In this document: in pieces, positions 19,414 to 28,020 of the stretch | How the letters are laid out: each line of letters begins with the position of its first letter | How positions within the stretch are numbered: position 1 is the first letter of the stretch | NCBI GenBank assembly: GCA_029053015.1 | Contig: JAIDHX010000014.1 | Coordinates: 45,848 to 109,847, forward strand | Source of the DNA: Lachnospiraceae bacterium | GTDB lineage: Bacteria; Bacillota; Clostridia; Lachnospirales; Lachnospiraceae | Direction: 5' to 3' | DNA length: 64,000 bases | Notes under the pieces: model-generated | The model's input: the letters and a program-made list of their open reading frames with translations, nothing else | Database searches by the model: none | What the model was told of the DNA's origin: nothing | Program-made: the position numbers and the translations under genes

Positions 19414-19758
19414 TTAGGTGGTGCCGCTGATTTCTGCAATCGCCTGCAGCAGACTCTGCCATTCCGCGGACATTGCCGTCAGATATGTTTTGCCGTCCTC
19501 TGTTATGGTGTAATATTTTCTGGGCGGCAGTCCCTCGGTAGTTTCCTGCCAGTAGGAGGAGAGCAGCCCGTCTTTTAAAAGCCGCCTGAGCAGCGGATAG
19601 ATGGTGCTTTCCTTTGCAGCGAGCATGGGTGATTTCTCCAGCTCACTGATAATCTCATAGCCGTAATAAGCCTTTTTGCTTATCATCAGCAGAATACAAT
19701 ATTCAAGTGTTCCGCGTTTTATCTGGGATTTCCAATCTTCAAGATTCAATAAAACCAC
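19414..19758 (-). CDS. PadR family transcriptional regulator
   Basis: RGTLEYCILLMISKKAYYGYEIISELE...IYPLLRRLLKDGLL. The likely start is GTG at 19758 or TTG at 19749, not the far-upstream ATG of the ORF track. Confidence 0.75.
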   Translation of the reverse strand: MVLLNLEDWKSQIKRGTLEYCILLMISKKAYYGYEIISELEKSPMLAAKESTIYPLLRRLLKDGLLSSYWQETTEGLPPRKYYTITEDGKTYLTAMSAEWQSLLQAIAEISGTT

Positions 19759-19957
19759 CGTCCCTTCGAAGTTCTGTGTTGTCGTAAGCTTTGTAAATTT
19801 ATTTGACGATATACATCGTACCACATAGTATATTAGGTGTCAACAGTAGATTGACAGGAATTTTTACAAGTGATATAATGCATATTACTAATAGTAACAT
19901 AAACGTCGGGAAGCAAATTAGGAAAATGACAATAAAAGAGTTTCTTTAAGGTTTGGT

Positions 19958-20152
19958 AATTGCGAAGTTTAGAAATGCTGCTGTTGTCATTGTGTACATG
20001 GTATATTCCAACGCAGACACGCTCTCGCTCCAAGCTTACCGTAGCGGTACTAAGCTCGAAAATACCTCGCTAAGTACCGACGGTAAGCAAGGGTCTGCTT
20101 ATGGAATATACCATGTGCACAATTCGAAAGCAGCAGATGTGAGTTTCGCAAC
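19958..20152 (+). repeat. Long-hairpin repeat family, copy 2
   Basis: Termini are AATTGCGAAGTT...GAGTTTCGCAAC. The outer stem is CATGGTATATTCCA / TGGAATATACCATG. The core is CTTACCGTAGCGGTAC...GTACCGACGGTAAG. Confidence 0.9.
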
Positions 20153-20175
20153 TATCCTATGAAAGGCAGCAGGTG

Positions 20176-20308
20176 TTTGCGAAACTTTCTTGCAGTTACA
20201 GGAAATGGGCAATATAGACAAAATGAGGGCGACTTGCCACTGCTTCGGAGGCGTTTTTGTCTATATTGAACATTTCCGTCACTTGCTGAAGATACTTCGC
20301 AATCCCTG
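20176..20308 (+). repeat. Second hairpin element with the same termini but an unrelated interior
   Basis: It begins TTTGCGAAACTTTCT and ends CTTCGCAATCCCTG. The interior carries a perfect 14-bp inverted repeat, CAATATAGACAAAA (20210-20223) / TTTTGTCTATATTG (20255-20268), plus GGAAATG / CATTTCC. Confidence 0.75.
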
Positions 20309-20336
20309 CCTTATCACTGCCGGAAAGGAGAACACA

Positions 20337-20909
20337 ATGGAATACATTATACTTGGTCTTCTGCTTTTGAGCGACAGAACTATTTACGGGCTGCGGGACA
20401 GAGTCGGCAAAGGACTGCATTTGATGTACAGCAGCAGTATGGGGAGTATTCAGGCGGCAGTCAGAAAGCTGCTGCAGCATGGATATATTCAGTACAAAGA
20501 GCTGACGGAGCAGGGAAAGCATAAGAAACTGTACTCCATCACCGAAAGCGGAAAAGCGCATTTCAAGGAGTGGGTAAACCGGCCGATGTCACAGGAAAAT
20601 GTAAAAAACCCGGAACTGGCAAAAATTTATTTTATGGGTTTTGCGGATAAGGAAACACGGAGGCGGAATATCGAACAGTATCTGGAGGACTTAAGAGCCC
20701 GCCATCACGCGCTTGCCGCCGTCTGCGAGGAGGGAGAGCGGCTTGCCGTTTCAGAAAAGGGCGGAAAAGAAACAATTCCCGAAGAAGGGCGTGAAATTTT
20801 TGCATACCAGCTTGCGACGGCATATTACGGAAGAGATTTCCTGCAATTCCATATCGCATGGTATGAGAAACTGCTTTTGGAAATGCAGAGAAAGGATGGA
20901 AGGATATGA
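20337..20909 (+). CDS. PadR family transcriptional regulator (long form with C-terminal domain)
   Basis: MEYIILGLLLLSDRTIYGLRDRV...GSIQAAVRKLLQHGYI. RBS GGAAAGGAG before the ATG at 20337. Confidence 0.85.
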   Translation: MEYIILGLLLLSDRTIYGLRDRVGKGLHLMYSSSMGSIQAAVRKLLQHGYIQYKELTEQGKHKKLYSITESGKAHFKEWVNRPMSQENVKNPELAKIYFMGFADKETRRRNIEQYLEDLRARHHALAAVCEEGERLAVSEKGGKETIPEEGREIFAYQLATAYYGRDFLQFHIAWYEKLLLEMQRKDGRI

Positions 20910-21721
20910 AGAAGGTAGAACTGCCGGATTCCCCATTGGTTTATTTTTGTGAAAAGAAGGATGAAGCTGCGGAGTGGCTGCTTTTTTTGCACGCGGCATT
21001 TGTGGATCATCGGATGTATGACGCGCAGATTGCGTGTTTTAAGGAGCGGTACAATCTTTTGCTGCCGGATATCATAGGGCATGGAGAGTCTGTCAATGCG
21101 AAAAAAGGGGACAGTCTGGATAACATGAGCGGCTGGATAAAGGAAATACTGGCCAGGGAAGGCGTGGAAAAAATACACATAACAGGCGTCTCTTTGGGCG
21201 CTGTTCTGGCGCAGGATTTTGCCAATCACTACCCGGACAGGGTAAAATCACTGGCATGCTTTGGCGGCTATGATATCAATCATTTTGATTCGTCCATGCA
21301 AAAAGAAAACGGCGGCGCACAGATGCGCATGATGTTGAAGGCGATGGTTTCTGTCAAATGGTTCGCAAAGGAAAATAAAAAAATATCTGCCTATACGGAA
21401 GAAGCACAGGAAGCGTTTTATCAGTTGAATCTGCGCTTCCCGAAAAAATCTTTTCTCTATTTAGCGACATTGAACCGCATGGTAAATGTCTGCAAAACGG
21501 ATGGCAGAAGCTATCCGCTCTTGATTGGCTGCGGCGAGCATGACATTCCCATGGAAAAAGAGGCGGTGAAAAGGTGGGCGGAGAGCGAACCGGACTGCAC
21601 GGTGAAAATTTTTGAGGGAGCGGGACATTGTGTCAATATGGACGTTCCGCAGGCGTTCAATGCTGCTCTGGAAGCGTTCTGGCGGGGGAAGGCAGAGCCG
21701 GATGCACACGGATTTGTATAA
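20906..21721 (+). CDS. Alpha/beta hydrolase
   Basis: Nucleophile elbow ITGVSLGA, HG motif (LLFLHAAFVDH) and a C-terminal GAGHC. It overlaps the PadR gene stop by 4 nt. Confidence 0.85.
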   Translation: MKKVELPDSPLVYFCEKKDEAAEWLLFLHAAFVDHRMYDAQIACFKERYNLLLPDIIGHGESVNAKKGDSLDNMSGWIKEILAREGVEKIHITGVSLGAVLAQDFANHYPDRVKSLACFGGYDINHFDSSMQKENGGAQMRMMLKAMVSVKWFAKENKKISAYTEEAQEAFYQLNLRFPKKSFLYLATLNRMVNVCKTDGRSYPLLIGCGEHDIPMEKEAVKRWAESEPDCTVKIFEGAGHCVNMDVPQAFNAALEAFWRGKAEPDAHGFV

Positions 21722-21811
21722 AAAATAAAAAGTAAAATGACGTTTTATATAGTATAAAACAGACGGCCTGCGCTCATACTATGAAAAATGTGTAAGGAAA
21801 GGAAGTGTAGT

Positions 21812-22024
21812 ATGGAAGGCTTTAATAATGCAGGCATATTCCCGGGCGAAGACATGTTTTGGGGACTTCCCGTAGCCTTTGGCATGGATGAGGATATGAA
21901 GGCAAGAATCACCAGCATGTCCGACGAGGAGAGAGAAGTTCTTCGGGAGAAGAGTAAAAATGTCACGAGCGAGCACGAGATGAACGAGCTGGTGCGCATG
22001 GTCGAAGAAGGTAAATTTGAATAA
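21812..22024 (+). CDS. Small acidic hypothetical protein
   Basis: 70-aa ORF with RBS AAGGAAAGGAAG, followed by a strong terminator. Confidence 0.5.
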   Translation: MEGFNNAGIFPGEDMFWGLPVAFGMDEDMKARITSMSDEEREVLREKSKNVTSEHEMNELVRMVEEGKFE

Positions 22025-22025
22025 A

Positions 22026-22070
22026 AAAGCGCCGTAGCTGACAGGTGAAACTGTGAAGCGCGGCGCTTTT
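22026..22070. terminator. Bidirectional terminator between convergent genes
   Basis: AAAGCGCCG...CGGCGCTTT with the inner stem ACAG/CTGT. It is flanked by an A-run and a T-run. Confidence 0.6.
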
Positions 22071-22116
22071 GCTGTATCTGCTTTATCCCGTTGAACCGGT
22101 CTGCCGTTCCTGTACT

Positions 22117-22449
22117 TTACTTGGGGCGCACAGTCATTCTCTCAATCAGTCCGTCTTCGGATACCTTCTGCACAGTGGCAATGGCCATTACGTGAAAGCC
22201 GCCGAAGGAGGCGATGAACTCTGCCTGCGTGTCGTTGGCAACGGCAGCCTCTAAGATGGAGTACTGGCGGAAGGAAAATTTATTCCGGAAAAACATGGCG
22301 ATTGCTTCCTTTCCGTACAGGTGGTATTCGTGCTGGGCTGTGCCGTTGGGGCAGTAATCGCACAGATGCCCGTTTTTGGTGAAAAGCTCGCCTAACGCTG
22401 TAAAATCTTTATTTTCCATTGCTTCTACATATTTTTCAATCGGTCTCAT
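22117..22449 (-). CDS. SnoaL/NTF2-like (ketosteroid-isomerase-fold) protein
   Basis: 110 aa. The MRPIEKYVEAMENKDFTALGELFTKNG pattern is typical of the SnoaL-like fold. Confidence 0.6.
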   Translation of the reverse strand: MRPIEKYVEAMENKDFTALGELFTKNGHLCDYCPNGTAQHEYHLYGKEAIAMFFRNKFSFRQYSILEAAVANDTQAEFIASFGGFHVMAIATVQKVSEDGLIERMTVRPK

Positions 22450-22461
22450 GACATTCTCCTC

Positions 22462-23250
22462 CTAATATACTTTCTCGGTGTTCAAAAGTGCATCCGTGCC
22501 GCCGTCCACAAACATAATATTGCCGTTTACGCCGCAGGCTGCGGGGGAAGCCAGAAAGACAATTACGGAAGCGATTTCTTCAGGGTCCATCAGAGTTTCC
22601 TGTCCGTATTTTGTCGGAATCGGCAGGGCGTTTAATGCCATTTTTGCGTTGGTGGACATGGTTGCGGTCATGGCAGTGTTGACGTTGCCGGGCGCTACCG
22701 CGTTGATTCTGACGCCGTTTGCCGCAAAGGAAGCGGAATGGCGGCGTACCCATCTTGCCAGTGCATACTTGGTTGCCACATAAATACTGTTTCCTACGGA
22801 GAGGTTGGAGCCGTCCCAGGAGTCTACCAGATTGAGGATGCGCTGCTCGTCGCCTATGTTGTTTAATAAATCAGCAACGTCCATTCTGCCCGCGCCCTGT
22901 GAGATGGTGTTGGAAGCGGTGACTACACAGTTGCCGTGTTTCTTTTCCAGAAGGTCGTATACGCCTCTTGCCAGTGTCACGGTGCCGAAGTAGTTTAAGG
23001 AAATAATCAGTTTCAGGTTGCCGCATGCACCGGATACGCCGGCGTTGCAAATCATGCCGTCAAGCCCTTCGGGATGCATTTCGTGCAGTGCGTCGATTGC
23101 CTGCTGTCTGCCCTCAGGAGACGCGAGATTCACACAGATATCTCCGTCCTTTAAATCGATGTTGATTACTTCATGTCCTTCTTTTTTTAATAATTCAACT
23201 GTTTTTGCGCCGATTCCGCTGGAACCGCCTGTGATAGCATAAACGCCCAT
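22462..23250 (-). CDS. Short-chain dehydrogenase/reductase (hydroxysteroid-dehydrogenase-like)
   Basis: Cofactor motif [15 protein letters not shown] (CNAGV) and the catalytic YxxxK (YVATKYAL). RBS AGGAGG before the ATG at 23250. Confidence 0.85.
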   Translation of the reverse strand: MGVYAITGGSSGIGAKTVELLKKEGHEVINIDLKDGDICVNLASPEGRQQAIDALHEMHPEGLDGMICNAGVSGACGNLKLIISLNYFGTVTLARGVYDLLEKKHGNCVVTASNTISQGAGRMDVADLLNNIGDEQRILNLVDSWDGSNLSVGNSIYVATKYALARWVRRHSASFAANGVRINAVAPGNVNTAMTATMSTNAKMALNALPIPTKYGQETLMDPEEIASVIVFLASPAACGVNGNIMFVDGGTDALLNTEKVY

Positions 23251-23353
23251 GTCTATTTCCTCCTTCAAAGGTCTGTACAAATCTGATAAATCTCATTATA
23301 ATGAAAATTGATACCTTTTAAATAACCAAATCAATAAAAAATGAGGATACCAG

Positions 23354-24742
23354 ATGAAAGCGTATGATTTTTCAAAAAGGGGAAAACTTACTTTATATGA
23401 ATATTTATATCAATGTCTGAAGGAGGACATTTTAGAAGGAAAAATTGCAGCGGGAGAAAAGCTGCCTTCCAAGCGCGAACTGGCAGACGAATACGGTATC
23501 AGCGTAAAGACCGTGGAGAATGCATACGCACAGCTTATGACGGAAGGGTATCTGGAGGCGGAAGAAAAAAGAGGCTATTTTGCGACAAAGGTGGAGCATA
23601 TGGAACGCCGTCCTGCTACGGCGTTTTCGCAGGAAGTGCGTTATGCGGAGGAAAAATGGTTTGCGGATTTTACCTCTTCCAATACGGTCTATGACAAATT
23701 TCCTTTTTCCCAGTGGAGCAAGGTGATGCGGGAAACTTTAAGCTATCGGGAAAAGGAGCTTTTGCAGACAGCGCCTTTTCAGGGCGTGAAGGAGCTTAGG
23801 GAGGAGATTGCGGCGTACCTGTACAGAAACCGCGGCATGCAGGTGGCGCCGGACTGCATTTTAATCGGCGCGGGAACGGAATATTTATATGGAAGGCTCT
23901 TGGAGCTTCTGCCGAAGGATGGCGTTTACGCGGCGGAGGATCCTGGTTACAGGAAGATTACAAGACTCTACGAAGGACATGGCGTTCCCTTCCGGTATGT
24001 ACCTGTGGACGGGGAAGGAATTCGTGTGGATGCGCTTCTTGCGAGCGGCGCCAGTGTGGCGCATGTATCTCCGGGCTATCATTTTCCCATGGGCTTTGTC
24101 ATGCCGGTGGGGCGCAGGCAGGCACTTTTGTCATGGGCGAAGGAGGAGCCGGACAGGTATATTATCGAAGACGATTATGACTGTGAGCTCCGCTATTTCG
24201 GAAAACCGGCTCCCGCGATCCAGAGCATGGACTGCAATCACAGGGTCATTTACTTAAATACCTTCAGCAAGACGCTGACACCATCGCTGCGAATCAGCTA
24301 CATGGTGCTGCCTGAAAAGCTGATGGACAGGTATGTGCAAAAAATGAACTATTATTCCAATACGGTGTCGAGCTTCGAGCAGTATGCGCTGGCTTCCTTT
24401 CTGGAGCAGGGCTTTTTTGAGCGCCACGTAAACCGTATGCGGAAATATTACAGAGAGTACAAAAACAGGATTGTACAGTATATAAAAGAAGCTTCCCTGC
24501 CGGTAACGGAAATCGGGGGGAAGGATGCGGGGACCAGACTGCTTGTCAAGGTAGATACCACGCTTACTGATACCCAGATAAAATGGGCGGCGAGAGAGGC
24601 GGGGCTTAAAATAGAATGTCTGTCGGAATTCTGCCATGAAAAAAGACCGGAGTACGACAGCACCATTATTTTAAATTACGCGGATTTAAGCGAGGATGTG
24701 TTACACGAAGCCATCATGAGGCTGGCGCATATTTTTGCGTAA
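23354..24742 (+). CDS. MocR-type regulator (GntR HTH fused to a PLP aminotransferase-like domain)
   Basis: N-terminal GntR HTH (KLPSKRELADEYGISVKTVENAYAQLMTEGYL). The long C-terminal domain has SFSKTL around the PLP lysine. It is divergent from the SDR gene. Confidence 0.9.
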   Translation: MKAYDFSKRGKLTLYEYLYQCLKEDILEGKIAAGEKLPSKRELADEYGISVKTVENAYAQLMTEGYLEAEEKRGYFATKVEHMERRPATAFSQEVRYAEEKWFADFTSSNTVYDKFPFSQWSKVMRETLSYREKELLQTAPFQGVKELREEIAAYLYRNRGMQVAPDCILIGAGTEYLYGRLLELLPKDGVYAAEDPGYRKITRLYEGHGVPFRYVPVDGEGIRVDALLASGASVAHVSPGYHFPMGFVMPVGRRQALLSWAKEEPDRYIIEDDYDCELRYFGKPAPAIQSMDCNHRVIYLNTFSKTLTPSLRISYMVLPEKLMDRYVQKMNYYSNTVSSFEQYALASFLEQGFFERHVNRMRKYYREYKNRIVQYIKEASLPVTEIGGKDAGTRLLVKVDTTLTDTQIKWAAREAGLKIECLSEFCHEKRPEYDSTIILNYADLSEDVLHEAIMRLAHIFA

Positions 24743-24756
24743 TAACTGTCATACTA
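24727..24756 (+). promoter_or_regulatory. Sigma-G/F-type forespore promoter of spoVAD
   Basis: GCATA-N18-CATACTA fully matches GHATR-N17-18-CATXHTA. It lies 49 nt upstream of the spoVAD ATG. Confidence 0.5.
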
Positions 24757-24804
24757 ATCCTGTATCTGCCTGCAAAGAAAAGGCGGACGAAAGGTAGGGT
24801 TTGT

Positions 24805-25839
24805 ATGAGCGAGGATAATTTGTGTACGGCGGGAAGCCAGAGCGTAAAACTAAAAAAAGAAGTGTACATCAACGGCAGTGCATCCATTGTGGGCAAAAAG
24901 GAGGGCGAAGGTCCGCTTGGTCTTCTTTTTGATATGGTGGGCGAGGACGATATGTTCGGTTGTAAGACGTGGGAGGAGGCGGAAAGCAGCTTGCAGAAGG
25001 ATGCGGTTTATATGGCGTTAGGGAAGGCCGGAAAAAAGCCTGAGGATATGCGCTATATTTTTGCGGGTGACTTATTGGGTCAATCTATAGCCACTTCCTT
25101 TGGTATCATGAACTACAACATACCGCTTCTCGGTGTGTATGGCGCCTGCTCCACCTGCGGAGAGTCTTTAACACTGGGCGCAATGGCGGTTTCAGGCGGG
25201 TTTGCGGATAATGTCATATGTGTCACTTCCAGTCATTTTGCCAGTGCGGAAAAAGAATTCCGTTTTCCCTTGGGGTATGGGAACCAGCGTCCCTTATCCG
25301 CGACATGGACGGTCACGGGAAGCGGTGCCTTTGTGCTGGGAAGCAGGCAGGAAACGGGCGCAAAAGCGAAGATTACGGCGATGACGGTAGGAAAGATTGT
25401 GGACTTCGGACTGAAAGATTCCTTGAATATGGGAGCCTGTATGGCACCGGCAGCAGCGTCAACTATCGCGGCACATTTTATTGACTTTAACAGTCAGCCG
25501 GAAGAATACGATAAAATCATTACCGGCGATTTGGGAAGCGTGGGACAGCGGGTGCTTCTCGATTTTCTGCGGGACAAGGGGTATGATATCTCCGACAGGC
25601 ATATGGACTGCGGCATGGAAATCTACGATGCCGATACGCAGGATACCCATGCGGGCGGTTCCGGCTGCGGCTGCAGTGCGGTTACACTGTCGGCTTATAT
25701 TTTAAAACAGATTGCGGAGGGCAACTGGAAAAAGGTGCTCTTTGTACCGACCGGTGCGCTCTTAAGCAAGACTAGCTTCAATGAAGGACAGACGGTGCCC
25801 GGGATTGCGCATGGAGTAGTGCTGGAAAGTTTGGGATAA
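24805..25839 (+). CDS. spoVAD: Stage V sporulation protein AD
   Basis: Thiolase-fold SpoVAD signature (SASIVGKKEGEGPLG..., GACSTCGESL, HAGGSGCGCSA). Confidence 0.9.
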   Translation: MSEDNLCTAGSQSVKLKKEVYINGSASIVGKKEGEGPLGLLFDMVGEDDMFGCKTWEEAESSLQKDAVYMALGKAGKKPEDMRYIFAGDLLGQSIATSFGIMNYNIPLLGVYGACSTCGESLTLGAMAVSGGFADNVICVTSSHFASAEKEFRFPLGYGNQRPLSATWTVTGSGAFVLGSRQETGAKAKITAMTVGKIVDFGLKDSLNMGACMAPAAASTIAAHFIDFNSQPEEYDKIITGDLGSVGQRVLLDFLRDKGYDISDRHMDCGMEIYDADTQDTHAGGSGCGCSAVTLSAYILKQIAEGNWKKVLFVPTGALLSKTSFNEGQTVPGIAHGVVLESLG

Positions 25840-26024
25840 CACGCAAAAATTTGTAGAAACCAAGGGTGATTTCTGTTATACTATCTCTGATATATACCAG
25901 AAACCTTGGAAAGGAGCTTTCTATATGAAACGATATGTTATGGCTGCGTAGCACTGGCTATTGCAATCAAATAAATTGTTATAGCCAATGCAATTCCTGA
26001 AAAATATAAATTTAGGAGGCAGAC

Positions 26025-26306
26025 ATGGGCTATATAAGAGCAGAAGAAATTCTGCCCGTTGAGATAATCGAATTGATACAACAGTATGTTGACGGTACAA
26101 ACATATATATTCCGAGAAGGCAGGAAAACCGGCAGGAGTGGGGAAGCAAAACCGCATACAGATGGGAACTGCAAGACAGGAATCAACGGATTTACAGGGA
26201 CTATTTGTCAGGCAGGCCCGCCTGCGAGCTGGCAAAAAGCTATTATTTATCCGAAAAGAGCATACAGCGGATTATCAGACAGGAAAAACTTTCAAATGTG
26301 GGCTGA
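26025..26306 (+). CDS. Small HTH protein (CD3324-like family)
   Basis: 93 aa, MGYIRAEEILPVEIIELIQQYVDG...IYIP, with a C-terminal HTH (ELAKSYYLSEKSIQRIIR). RBS AGGAGG. Confidence 0.65.
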   Translation: MGYIRAEEILPVEIIELIQQYVDGTNIYIPRRQENRQEWGSKTAYRWELQDRNQRIYRDYLSGRPACELAKSYYLSEKSIQRIIRQEKLSNVG

Positions 26307-26393
26307 CTTTAAGTCAGCTCATATTTTTTTACAAAAAAGCTTGCGGCACATGTGTTTTAGGATATTTGGTAAACTATAGATAATTGTGTAGGC

Positions 26394-26588
26394 AATTGCG
26401 AAACTCATATTTGCCGATTTCGAATTGTACACATGGTATATTCCATAAGCAGACCCTTGCTTGCCGTCGGTACTTAGCGAGGTATTTTCGAGCTTAGTAC
26501 CGCTACGGTAAGCTTGGAGCGAGAGCGTGTCTGCGTTGAAATATACCATGCGTACAATGACAACGGTATCGTTTCTGAGTTTCGCAAA
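26394..26588 (-). repeat. Long-hairpin repeat family, copy 3 (minus orientation)
   Basis: The reverse complement is near-identical to copy 2. Termini are AATTGCGAAACTCA...TGAGTTTCGCAAA. It is flanked by CTATAGATAAT at 26374-26384 and 26592-26602. Confidence 0.9.
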
Positions 26589-26725
26589 CGCCTATAGATA
26601 ATCATGGGACGAAAGGAGAGATTTATTTTATGACAACACCCGTTTATTTTGCATAGCGAGGCTATTGCAAATAAGAAAACAGAAAAGAAGTAATAGCCTG
26701 CGCATCGGACTTTTATGAACAGGAG

Positions 26726-27304
26726 ATGCAGATGAGCTATTTAAGGAAAACAGAATATGAAATGATACCGCAGGAATCCTTTTTGGTGATTCATAATTGT
26801 TCCGGCTGCGGCGGAAAATCCCGTTTTAAAAACACAAAAAAATTCCGCGTCAATGCCAATGGCAGTAAGCTGGATGTCTGGCTGATTTACCAGTGTGAAA
26901 AATGCCGGCATACCCTCAATCTTGCCATTTATGAGAGGCAGAAGGCTTCCCTGGTGCCGAAAAACGAGTATAAGGGATTTTTAAGCAATGAGGAGCAGCT
27001 TGCGGAAATGTATGGTAAAAATATGCAGTTATTCAGGAAAAACAAAGCCGAGATTGACTTTGAAGCATTGCAGTATCAGTTTGTGAAGCGGCAGGATATG
27101 ACAAAAGAACATGACGGCAGACCGCAGACTGTGATTACCATACATAATCCATATGGGCTGAAAATCCGTCCGGAAAAACAAATCGCCGAGGTTTTAGGGC
27201 TGTCCCGAAGTCAAATAAGAAAGCAGATGGAACAGGGAGAAATCCGGCTGGAAAAGCTTTCGCCTTATATTATTGCTGCCTGTGTAAATGATTTGCAGGA
27301 ATGA
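26726..27304 (+). CDS. DUF1062 domain protein (Cys4 zinc-ribbon-like)
   Basis: HNCSGCGG...YQCEKCRH is the characteristic DUF1062 N-terminus. Confidence 0.75.
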   Translation: MQMSYLRKTEYEMIPQESFLVIHNCSGCGGKSRFKNTKKFRVNANGSKLDVWLIYQCEKCRHTLNLAIYERQKASLVPKNEYKGFLSNEEQLAEMYGKNMQLFRKNKAEIDFEALQYQFVKRQDMTKEHDGRPQTVITIHNPYGLKIRPEKQIAEVLGLSRSQIRKQMEQGEIRLEKLSPYIIAACVNDLQE

Positions 27305-27374
27305 GATAATAGAGTGTAGCAATCAGTCGGTAATTTTGGTATAATGAATGCATTAAAGTGAGGGAGGCGCCCAT

Positions 27375-27608
27375 ATGCGTGTAATGGAGTTTAAAATGGA
27401 AAGACCGGGGCTGCTTACGGTCGGACAGAAAATTACGGTGACGGAAGGCGTGCTTCCCAGCAACTACTACTATACCATAGACCCTTCGCTTGCCATGTCC
27501 GGTAATTTTCCGTTCAGGGAGCGCATGCTGGCAAGGGAGGGCGTCGTGCTGGATATAGAGGAAAAAGAAAGAGGCTTTTATGTGACGGCTCAGTTTGAGG
27601 ACGCGTAA
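27375..27608 (+). CDS. Small hypothetical protein
   Basis: 77-aa ORF with RBS GAGGGAGG 7 nt before the ATG. Confidence 0.5.
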   Translation: MRVMEFKMERPGLLTVGQKITVTEGVLPSNYYYTIDPSLAMSGNFPFRERMLAREGVVLDIEEKERGFYVTAQFEDA

Positions 27609-27645
27609 AGTCATGCCGTCAGACGGCAGAATGGAGGAAATGATA

Positions 27646-28020
27646 ATGAAAAAAATTGCAACAGACAAGGCACCGGCAGCAATCGGACCTTACTCACAGG
27701 GTATTGTGGCAGGAGATTTTTTCTTTGCTTCGGGACAGATACCCATCAACCCTGCGACGGGAGAGATTGAAGGAACAGACATTACGGCACAGGCTGAGCT
27801 TGTCATGAAAAATGTAGGTGAACTGCTTGCGGCTGCGGGCGCAGATTATACCAAGGTGGTAAAGACGACCTGCTTTTTGGCGGATATGGGAGATTTTGCT
27901 GCGTTTAACGAGGTTTATGCAAAATACTTTACCGAAAAGCCGGCGAGAAGCTGCGTAGCAGTCAAGACGCTGCCGAAAAATGTACTTTGTGAGGTGGAGG
28001 TCATTGCCTGCCTTGCATAA
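27646..28020 (+). CDS. ridA: RidA/YjgF family reactive-intermediate deaminase
   Basis: MKKIATDKAPAAIGPYSQG...PARSCVAV..LP..VEVE are canonical RidA motifs. RBS GGAGGA. Confidence 0.9.
   Translation: MKKIATDKAPAAIGPYSQGIVAGDFFFASGQIPINPATGEIEGTDITAQAELVMKNVGELLAAAGADYTKVVKTTCFLADMGDFAAFNEVYAKYFTEKPARSCVAVKTLPKNVLCEVEVIACLA

Noticed and set aside
19958-20308. The hairpin elements as integron attC sites (conserved ends, variable self-complementary interior).
   Set aside because: There is no intI gene, no cassette array and the copies are dispersed. The termini TTGCGAAAC/GTTTCGCAA do not fit RYYYAAC/GTTRRRY. The analogy is kept only as a mechanistic idea.
26374-26384. Treating the 11-bp flank of copy 3 as an unambiguous target-site duplication of fixed length for the family.
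   Set aside because: Copy 5 shows 8 bp, and copies 2 and 4 show no convincing duplication. Copy 1 shares GATAATTGTG with copy 3 at one flank, so the boundary between element and duplication is uncertain. It is reported as suggestive only.
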